DNA of 64,000 nt from Deltaproteobacteria bacterium (lineage in GTDB: Bacteria; Desulfobacterota; Binatia; UBA12015): NCBI GenBank assembly GCA_046583355.1, contig JAYGCM010000019.1, positions 8,381-72,380 on the forward strand. Reading direction: 5' to 3'. This document shows positions 7,433 through 15,763 of this stretch, piece by piece (the stretch's first letter is position 1; every line of letters begins with the position of its first letter). The notes under the pieces were generated by a model. It saw only the letters and a program-made list of their open reading frames with translations, was not told the origin of the DNA and did not search any database. A program made the position numbers and the translations under genes.

Positions 7433-10345
7433 TCAGCGGCATTTGAGCGCATTGCCCTTTGCGTTGAGCACACAATTCTCTTCCAGGAAGGCCACCTCGG
7501 CGCATTGGCCGGTCGCCGCTATCGGCGCATCAACAACGATAGTCGCCACCAGAGGCGTGTCGGCAAGATCGATTCGCAGGTCGGCATCGGCCAGCTTGAC
7601 CACAACCTTGTACTGGCCAACGGCTTTGGTCGTGATGAGCTTGACCAGCCTGACCGGCCCAGCGCCCTCGCGGCGCTTGTCGCGAAAGACCCAGACCGTG
7701 CCTTTGCCATTCGGCTTCCAGCCGATCCGCGCCGTAGGATTCCAGATCCCTGCGGCAAGCATTTCGTCCAGCAATACGGCACCGCCGCCATCTTCAAGAA
7801 GAAAACGCAATCCCCGAGCGACCGGATCGATAGCCGGTAGCCCCGGCAACGCCGATACCGTACCCACGAAAATCGCCTTCTGCTCCCCAGCGGGCCGATC
7901 CAGACGCGACGCCTTGAAAAGCGGCTTGGCGACCACGGTTCCGGCTACCTGATTGCAGGCATCACAAACATTGCCCATGCCGTCGCTATCATCATCTTCC
8001 TGGAGGGCGTTGGCCTCATCCGGGCAATTATCGATCGCGTCACACGCGCCGTCGCCGTCGCCGTCGGAAAGACCGGCATCGGCGGGACAGCTCGCCGCTG
8101 AACCCGTACATTCCTCGGCCGCATCACAGGGGGCTCCGCTCGACACACGGCAGACCAGGCCCGTGGCAGCAAAGCCATCGGCCGGACAATCTCCGTCGCT
8201 ACCATCACAGAATTCATCGACATCACAGAGCCCATCGGCCGCGCGGCAAAGCGCACCCGCAGCCGCAACCTCGTCGGCCGGGCATTGCGTGCCGCTGCCG
8301 ACACAGGTCTCGGGCTTATCGCAGACGCTCGCCGCGGCGCGGCAGACCGTTCCCGGAACCTCGTAGACATCTGCCGGACACCCCGCCGCGGCGCCCGAGC
8401 AAGCCTCCGCTGCGTCGCAGGGCCCCAGAGCCGCACGGCAGATCGTCGTCACCGGCGCGAAGGCATCGGCCGGGCAATTGGCACCGCTGCCGGTGCAGTT
8501 CTCGGCGGCATCGCAGGCGCCTATGGAGACGCGACATTCGGTACCCGGCGCAACAAAGCCGTCGCTCGGACACTCGCCTACGGCACCCGTGCAGAGCTCC
8601 GCTATATCGCAATCGCCATCGGCACTACGGCATTCCGTGCCGGTAATGGCGAAGCCATCGGCCGGGCAGACGGCCCCTGCACCATCGCATTGCTCGGCTA
8701 CATCGCATACGCTCGCGGCCGCGCGACATTCGAGCCCCGAGGGCCGGAAGATATCGGCTGGACAGGTCGAGTCCGATCCCGAGCACGCCTCGGACAGATC
8801 ACAAGCACCCGCGGACGCACGGCAGAGGCTGCCGGCCGGGGCGAATTGATCGGCGGGACACGCCGGGCCGCTGCCCGAACAACTCTCCGCAGCATCGCAG
8901 AAATCCACCGACGTTCGACATTGAATGGCGGTGCCCGCAAAGGAGTCGGCCGGGCAACTGGGATCCGCGCCGTTGCAGCTCTCCGCAATATCGCAGTTTC
9001 CCGCTGCGCTGCGGCATTCCAGTCCTGCCCCGACAACATCATCGGCCGGACAAAACGCCGAAGCCCCCGTGCAGGCCTCTATCTGATCGCATACGCCACC
9101 AAGCGCACGGCACTCCACACCGGCGGCGAGGAGAGTATCGGAAGGACACTCCGTATTGCTGCCCGTGCAGGACTCTGCGGTATCGCAAATGCCCGCCGAG
9201 GCACGGCAGGTAGTCGCTGTGTCGAAGAAGCTATCGAGCGGACAGGTCTTCGCATTGCCGTCACAGACCTCTGCGCTATCACAAACGCCCACCTGGACCC
9301 GGCAGGTCGTTCCTGCCGGGGTCACAATATCGGCGGGGCATGAGGCACCCAAGCCATCGCAGGTCTCGGCAATATCACAAAGGCCTGCGGCACCCAGGCA
9401 TTCCGTACCAGGAGTGGCGAAACCATCCGCCGGGCACGAAGCGCTCGCGCCGGTGCAGGACTCCGCGACATCACAGATATCAGCCTCACCACGGCAGAGA
9501 GTCGCCGCCGCCGTGAAGGTACACGAAGCCGTGCAGCAGATACCGCCGTCGCAATCTTCAGAGGGGTCGGTATGGAGATCGCCGCAAGCGGCATGCTCGG
9601 TCAACGCGACCGTGATGAAATGACCGTCCGCACTCTCGGAGCGAGTCCCTACGCCGGGATAATCGGAGGCCGATTCGCCACCGTGCCCCGACTGAATACC
9701 CGCGCGAACGGCGCATTCATCGCCACCTCCGACCGAGCCGAATTGGTAGCGACTGTCACAACGCGAGAGAAATTGGAAAGTGAAGCTATGCGATACGACG
9801 CTGCCGCCGCTGGTACCGTCAATGGTCGCGGAACTGCTCTCGCTGACGTCCCTGTAGTAGCCATTGCCATCGTTTCCCGAATCGTAACCGAAGCCGAATG
9901 CCAGCGTGCCGCTCACCAAAGCGTGACTGCTGCCGGCAACGAAATTGCGCAAGCGCACGCGCGCGTCCCCACCGCCGTCGTCCACCAGCGTCATGCCCGC
10001 CTTGAGCAGATTCGCTATCGCAAGCGTATAATCACCGGCCGCGACCACATCGAAGCTGATCGTATAATCGGTCTGCAACGATGTCGTATCCGTCCCCGTC
10101 AGGCCCTGATCCGCGAGCGAAACCAGCGCGTAGCGGGTCGTGAAACCGGCCGCGTTCGAGGATTGGATCGCGACCGTACTCTTGGCCCGCCGATCGGAGT
10201 CGCTGAAGTCGCCACTATTGCCGGCATTCTTCACGATCGTGAGATTCGAGATTCCGGCCGCGGCGTCCGTGGCCGGTAGCAGCAAGAAAAAAGACAGCAG
10301 AAGCGCACTCCCGAAGGGGAGCCTCGCCAAGATAGATTTGTTCAT
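7433..10345 (-). CDS. Secreted Cys-rich protein: N-terminal beta-rich domain, 15 disintegrin-like repeats, thrombospondin type 3-like Ca-binding repeat, unnamed C-terminal domain
   Basis: Signal peptide; GAGG RBS; repeated CRxxxGxCDxxExCxGxxxxCPxD; DGDGDGACDAIDNCP. Confidence 0.85.
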   Translation of the reverse strand: MNKSILARLPFGSALLLSFFLLLPATDAAAGISNLTIVKNAGNSGDFSDSDRRAKSTVAIQSSNAAGFTTRYALVSLADQGLTGTDTTSLQTDYTISFDVVAAGDYTLAIANLLKAGMTLVDDGGGDARVRLRNFVAGSSHALVSGTLAFGFGYDSGNDGNGYYRDVSESSSATIDGTSGGSVVSHSFTFQFLSRCDSRYQFGSVGGGDECAVRAGIQSGHGGESASDYPGVGTRSESADGHFITVALTEHAACGDLHTDPSEDCDGGICCTASCTFTAAATLCRGEADICDVAESCTGASASCPADGFATPGTECLGAAGLCDIAETCDGLGASCPADIVTPAGTTCRVQVGVCDSAEVCDGNAKTCPLDSFFDTATTCRASAGICDTAESCTGSNTECPSDTLLAAGVECRALGGVCDQIEACTGASAFCPADDVVGAGLECRSAAGNCDIAESCNGADPSCPADSFAGTAIQCRTSVDFCDAAESCSGSGPACPADQFAPAGSLCRASAGACDLSEACSGSDSTCPADIFRPSGLECRAAASVCDVAEQCDGAGAVCPADGFAITGTECRSADGDCDIAELCTGAVGECPSDGFVAPGTECRVSIGACDAAENCTGSGANCPADAFAPVTTICRAALGPCDAAEACSGAAAGCPADVYEVPGTVCRAAASVCDKPETCVGSGTQCPADEVAAAGALCRAADGLCDVDEFCDGSDGDCPADGFAATGLVCRVSSGAPCDAAEECTGSAASCPADAGLSDGDGDGACDAIDNCPDEANALQEDDDSDGMGNVCDACNQVAGTVVAKPLFKASRLDRPAGEQKAIFVGTVSALPGLPAIDPVARGLRFLLEDGGGAVLLDEMLAAGIWNPTARIGWKPNGKGTVWVFRDKRREGAGPVRLVKLITTKAVGQYKVVVKLADADLRIDLADTPLVATIVVDAPIAATGQCAEVAFLEENCVLNAKGNALKCR
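8071..9510 (-). repeat. Intragenic tandem array of 15 ~32-aa (~96-bp) disintegrin-like repeats
   Basis: Units counted in the translation, e.g. PAGSLCRASAGACDLSEACSGSDSTCPADIFR. Confidence 0.85.
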
Positions 10346-10372
10346 GATTTCCTCGAGTCAGAGGGTAGGTAT

Positions 10373-13300
10373 TCAGGGAGCAAGATCGGCAAAGATCGCC
10401 AGGTAATCGTCCTGGCGCGAGACTTCGATCGGGGCGAGTGAGACGCCGAGGAATTCCGGCAGCGGAAAGCTGCCCAAGGCCCCCGCCAACTCGGGCAGCA
10501 TCAGGTCCATCATCGTCGGAATCAGCGCATCCACCGCCGCGGGATCGACGCCGAGCGGGTTGTGCAGCAAGGTCGTCACCAAGGTCTCCAGCGGCGGTGA
10601 ACCGATGGAAATCGCGAGCCCCCCAGGTTCGGGAACCAGATCGAGACCGAGCTGCATATCGACGGCGGCGGTGAGGCGCACGGCATCTCCCGCGTTCGGC
10701 TGGACGATCTCGATCAGGAGATGGGCCAGCTGGAGGTTGGCAAGCTCGCCATCCGGCCCGGCCTCGTCGGTCACGATCGGCGCCAATGTCGGTGCCACCC
10801 GGATCTCCAGAGGCGTGAGCGCCGGCAACGTCGCGAATGCCGGCAGAAAGATCGAGAGCATAGTGGAGTTGATCGCCAGCGGTGCACCGCCGACCTCCAA
10901 TTCCGCAATCGACATGCGCATCAGGCCGCCCTCGATCCCTTCCATGAGGAATTGGTTGAACGTGGTCGGCGAGAAAGCGAGTACGACACCGTAGCCCTGG
11001 CCCATCACCGGCGTGGTCACGGGAAAAACCGGAAAGGTCGTCGGTACGATCAGCGCACCGAGCAGGTCCGGTGCCGCTGGATCGGGAACCAGCGTCGCAA
11101 AACCAGCGTCAATCGGGAATGTGATACCGATCAGATCTTCCTCAATCGCGTTGAAGGGGGTCGTGAGCTCGGTGCCCAAGCCATCCCCCACCGGACCGGC
11201 AATATCGATATTGCCAAGTGCCGCCTCAATCGCGCCGGCAATCGGTGTATTGCCGTTGCCATCGACTTCGTCGAGGAAATTCTGCAGGCCATCCGCGACC
11301 ATCGACTCCATATCCCCCATGAAGAGGCCGATCAGCCACTCCATGATGCCTCCCAGAATGCCGCCACAATTGGTCGTATTCGAGAAGCCGCCCAACACGA
11401 CCATTACGCCGCCCTGATGCGTCACATCCACCTTGGAAGGCGAAAGAGCCATCGGCTCAAGCGTATAGTCGCCGAGAATCTGAGTGGTGGCTGTGGTGAT
11501 ATCGATATCACAACTGATGCCGATGCCCGTGACGTTCACCACATGCGCTCGCACAGCGAGGTCGTGCAAGGTGATATCGCCCTCGACGAACGCGTTCTGG
11601 GAATCGATATCGATGCCGAAACCACTGATCCCCGGCAAGGTCGCGGTGTGCTTGACCGAAACATCGATCCGGCCCAGGCAACCCAAGAACGTATCCGCAT
11701 AGCAATAATCGTCGAGAATCACGGTGCCGTCGGGAATCATTGATTTCGGATCAATATCGACCAGGCCCGTGACGGCCGGCTCGATCGCATCCAGTCCGAC
11801 ATCGGTAAGACGCATGCCAATCCCATCGGGGACGAGGCTGCCATCGGCAACCGCCTGGCCGCGGATCACCACGACTCGGTCGTTGAAGATCTCACCATCG
11901 CTCAGGCGCGTAAGCGTCGAGACGATCGGTTGGAAGATCTCGGCCGGGTCAATGCTCAAGACCGTGCTGAAGGAGAGATTCGCTGCGATCGAGACCGGGC
12001 TGCCGCCCACCGTCAGAGTCGCGTCGGTCGGGTGAATATTCTCGACCCAGCCTTCCACGATCACGCTGCTGGCCTCGGTGAAGGCACCATGCAGCGGCGT
12101 GACGATGCGCGCCGAAGGGGCACATCCGGAGATCTCGGTTTCGATCTCGCAGACCGAGCTACAGCAATCCCCAGAGGTCAAATTGCCATCGTCGCATTCT
12201 TCGCCGATTTCAAGCCTTCCGTCACCACATTGGGTGCAGCTTCCCGAACCGCCACAAACATCCGACCCACCCGACACGCCGCATTCGTCATCGGGATCCG
12301 TGCCAGCAACGATCGGGGCGCATACGCCGTCGCTTCCGCCGGTCAATGCCGCGCTACAGGCTTCGCAACCACTCGCGCAAGCTGTGTCACAGCAGAATCC
12401 ATCGACACAGGCATAGCCCGCACACTCGCCATCGCTCGCGCAGGCTCCACCTTGCTCGAGGATGCAAACGCCGCCATTATCACATTGACCGCCAAGGCAG
12501 CCGGTCCCGGCAGCCGCGTAGCAGGTGAAAAGGGCTTCGTTGCAGGTCGAGTTGCACGCATCTCCGGCGGCGCAAGCATCGCCACCGCCGGTACAAAGCC
12601 CCGCCTGACAGGTATCGCCAGCGGTGCAAAAAAGGCCATCCTCACAAAGTGTGCCGGTCTCGGCACAGCTACCGGCCACCTCATCGCAGGTATCGTTACA
12701 GGCATCCCCGCCAGCACAGGGGTCGCCCGCGCCTACACAAACGCCACCGGCGCAAATATCGGTCGCCGTACAGAAGAGGCCATCGTCACAAGATCCGGCA
12801 CTCGGCTCGGAGACGCAGGCCCCAGATCCGTTGCAGACCTCAGAGGTGCAGACGTTACCATCAGCCGGGCACGCAGAGCCGGCCGGCGCGAAGGTGCACG
12901 CAGAACTACAGCAATCGCCGTCGTCCAGATTGCCGTCGTCGCATTCTTCCCATTCGGCGAGCGCGCCATCTCCGCAGACCGGCAGCGCTGCCGTCTCGTC
13001 ACAATAGACACGACGGAAGACGGCCTTCGCCTGCTGCTCGGTCGCCTCGAAGAGCGCATCCGGGTCCCAGCATCCAGGCAGGTCCAGCGGCGCGAGCTTG
13101 GCGTCGAATTTCGCCTGTACCTTCGTGAGGCAGAGCTGAAGTTTCGTATCCTTGTCGCGCGAATGATTTTTCGCGCCGCGGTCGAGACAGCTGCGAACAT
13201 CGCGTTGCAACTTCTCCCAGGCCTTCATCCCCTTCAACTCGGTTTTGAAAACATCTTCGTCGGGAGCAATATGCCCCCCCACCTCGGGAATAGGGTCGGC

Positions 13301-13375
13301 CCGACCGGGAGCGGCCGGCATGAGGGCACCGAGCAGCAGCGTGAGAGCGAAAGCGATTTTGAACGGATGATGCAT
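10373..13375 (-). CDS. Secreted protein: helical Cys domain, DUF4215-type Cys-rich repeats, Ig-like segment, C-terminal BPI/LBP-like (TULIP) region
   Basis: AGGAG RBS before ATG 13375; signal peptide; two [11 protein letters not shown]..GDCCS repeats; BPI-like motifs in the C-terminal ~485 aa. Confidence 0.8.
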   Translation of the reverse strand: [1000 protein letters not shown]

Positions 13376-13403
13376 GATCTTCTCCTGGTTCATGATCGCG
13401 GGC

Positions 13404-13880
13404 TCAGTAGAGCACGGGGCCATCGATATAGGCGCCGGCTGGCGACGCACAAAGAAGATCGCCGACGGCGGCTTGCAGGTAGGCTTCGGCAAGGTCCGGC
13501 TCCGCCGAATAATCGTGGCAAAGCGGCAGCCCAGGGGCCTTCGCCTCTACCTTGGCGAGAATTTTGAGGTACTTCTCACGCGCCTTGGCAAGGCAATCGG
13601 TAAGGCGGGTGGGCTTTCCTTGCGAATAATTCCGCGCACCGGCCTGGTAGCATTTCGCAATCCGCTGCGTGAGCTTGGCGCTCTCTTTCGAGATTTTCAT
13701 CTCGTTTTTGAGCATGGCCGGATCCGTCGGAATCCAAGCTCTCTCACCAGGATTGGTGAATTCGGCGGGAAGTTCGCCGGCGATATAGGTGCCAGCATCG
13801 GCCGATAGAACCGCCCATCCCAGGAAAAGTGCCAATATCAAAGCGCTTCGGAACGCATATTTTCGGGTCATACCTGCCAT
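13404..13880 (-). CDS. Small secreted helical 4-Cys protein, homologous to the N-terminal domain of the downstream protein
   Basis: Signal peptide; Cys pattern aligns with the 13000-13290 region; alternative start at 13871. Confidence 0.75.
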   Translation of the reverse strand: MAGMTRKYAFRSALILALFLGWAVLSADAGTYIAGELPAEFTNPGERAWIPTDPAMLKNEMKISKESAKLTQRIAKCYQAGARNYSQGKPTRLTDCLAKAREKYLKILAKVEAKAPGLPLCHDYSAEPDLAEAYLQAAVGDLLCASPAGAYIDGPVLY

Positions 13881-14025
13881 CCTGCCGGACTCTTCATGAA
13901 AGAAGGTCCTTTTATCGCATCTATGGGGTTGCCCATCAGTATCAAACTATCGCTTCGTGTCGACCAGAAAATCGATCCAAGAAGGATTTTGTTGCCGCGC
14001 CACGCGAAATTTCGGGTTTTGCACA

Positions 14026-14052
14026 GCTGGAGGTCCGGCCGAAAAGCAGGCC
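14026..14052 (+). repeat. Dispersed intergenic repeat, copy 1
   Basis: GCTGGAGGTCCGGCCGAAAAGCAGGCC; parts recur at 14952, 18524, 18593, 41682. Confidence 0.55.
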
Positions 14053-14116
14053 GTGGCACCAGACCGACGCAGGTGAAAACGGGACCCCGCGCACGAAGGA
14101 GAGGTGGGGCGCCTTC

Positions 14117-14905
14117 TCAGGAGCGGAATTTTCTAAAATCGGGTTTGCGCTTCTCGATAAAAGCCGTGATCGCTTCGATATTCTCGGGCGACCCCGCGTA
14201 TTTCGCCATGCCCTCGTCCTCGACCTTGCGCGCCGCGGCGATGCCCGCATCGTTGGCAACCCGGAGGGTATGTTTGATCCCGCGCAGCGCGGAAATAGGC
14301 CATTGCGCGATCTCGCGTGCCTTCGCGAGCGCGGCCGGGAGAAGATCGTCGTCGGCAAACGAGCGCGCGGCCAGACCCACCTCAAGCGCCCGCGCGGCGT
14401 CGATCCATTCGGCGGTGAAGAAAAGCTCGGCCGCGCGTTGGCGGCCGATGGCCGATTGAACGGTATAGCTGCTGGCGAATTCCGGGACGAGACCGAGGTT
14501 CGCGAAAGGCAGACGCATGCGCAGGCTCGCGCCGACATAGACAATATCGCATGCGACTGCGAGTGTGCAGCCGCCGCCGACGGCGACGCCCTTGACCGCG
14601 GCAAGGATCGGTTTGTCAAAACCAAAAACGGCATCGACGCAGCCGTTGAATCCGTTCGGGTGGCCGTCCTCGCGGTCCCCGGCCGACTGGCTGAAGGCCG
14701 TCAGGTCCTGGCCCGAGGAAAAATCCTTGCCGGCACCGGTCAGCAGAACCACGGCCACGGCCGGGTTCTCGCGCGCGGCATTGAGCGCGTCGCGCAAGCC
14801 GTCCCATTGCGGGTCGTTGAATGCGTTTTTCTTGGCGGGGCGGTTCAAAGTGAGAAGAAGAACGCCCTGCTCATCGAGTTCCTGCAATACGGGATTTTCA
14901 GCCAT
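14117..14905 (-). CDS. Enoyl-CoA hydratase/isomerase
   Basis: LNRPAKKNA, FSSGQDL, KPILAAVKGVAVGGG, GLVPE, EKRKPDF. Confidence 0.9.
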   Translation of the reverse strand: MAENPVLQELDEQGVLLLTLNRPAKKNAFNDPQWDGLRDALNAARENPAVAVVLLTGAGKDFSSGQDLTAFSQSAGDREDGHPNGFNGCVDAVFGFDKPILAAVKGVAVGGGCTLAVACDIVYVGASLRMRLPFANLGLVPEFASSYTVQSAIGRQRAAELFFTAEWIDAARALEVGLAARSFADDDLLPAALAKAREIAQWPISALRGIKHTLRVANDAGIAAARKVEDEGMAKYAGSPENIEAITAFIEKRKPDFRKFRS

Positions 14906-14951
14906 GCCCTCTCAGTAGAGCCGCCAGCTGAGTTTTGCACCCCCAACGGCC

Positions 14952-14980
14952 CGGCCGAACAGCAAGTCTGCATCCGGGCG
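14952..14980 (+). repeat. Dispersed intergenic repeat, copy 2
   Basis: CGGCCGAACAGCAAGTCTGCATCCGGGCG, 25/29 identical to the 41682 copy. Confidence 0.55.
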
Positions 14981-15027
14981 CCCGAGCCTACGCAGCACAT
15001 GCCGCGCAGGCTCGGCGGAGGTTCGGG

Positions 15028-15762
15028 TCAGGAGGCCGCCGGCGCTGCCGCCTCTACGCTGGCGATCCCCAGATCCAGCGGGACGTGCTGGCGCTGCTTC
15101 ATACGCTTGAGTTCGTCGAGTTGGGCGCGGGCCGACGCGTCGGCTTCGGCTTCGCGAATCTCACGCATTTTCTGGTCGAGCTCGCCATCGGCCACTTCCT
15201 TGGAAATACCGACTTCGGCCGTGAGGCGTTCGATATGGGCGCGAACTTCTTCGAGCGCCTGGATATCGGCATCGGGCACAAGACCCTTCATGGTCTCCTG
15301 CAATTGCAGGCGTGCCTTGGCATTCGCCAGCTTCGCCATCACGCGCATCTTCTCATCGCGCAGACGCTGTACCTCGGCCTGGAAAGTCACGAGGTTCTTC
15401 TTGGCGTCTTCGGCCTCCAGGGTCAGGTCCTCGAGCTCGCCGCGCAGCCGGTCGAGGTCGGTCGAGAAACGCTGGCGCTGCGCGATCAGAGCCAACGCCA
15501 CACCGTCTTCGTCCTTCTCGACCGCCACATCGAGCTGGCGCTTCAGCGACTTCAACGTCTGCGTCTTGATCTCCACCTCGGTTGCCAGCTTGCCGCGCAT
15601 ATAGAGAACACCGGCCGCCGCCTGGCGGAGTTTCTGGTATTGCTCGATCTTGCCGCGGATCGCGGACTCGTAGACCGCCTCGGGGTTGCGTCGCTCACTC
15701 CGATTCACCCAATTCGCGAATGTCCCGCGGATCAGGTTTGTCAATCTAGAAAAAAATCCCAT
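15028..15762 (-). CDS. pspA: PspA/IM30 (ESCRT-III-like) family protein
   Basis: Amphipathic N-terminus MGFFSRLTNLIRG, ExxNPE, long coiled coil, C-terminal ARAQLDELK; GGAG RBS. Confidence 0.85.
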   Translation of the reverse strand: MGFFSRLTNLIRGTFANWVNRSERRNPEAVYESAIRGKIEQYQKLRQAAAGVLYMRGKLATEVEIKTQTLKSLKRQLDVAVEKDEDGVALALIAQRQRFSTDLDRLRGELEDLTLEAEDAKKNLVTFQAEVQRLRDEKMRVMAKLANAKARLQLQETMKGLVPDADIQALEEVRAHIERLTAEVGISKEVADGELDQKMREIREAEADASARAQLDELKRMKQRQHVPLDLGIASVEAAAPAAS

Positions 15763-15763
15763 C

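Noticed and set aside
8071..9510. Regular ~96-bp periodicity as possible CRISPR array
   Set aside because: Units are in-frame degenerate protein repeats, with no identical DNA repeat/unique spacer pattern and no cas genes
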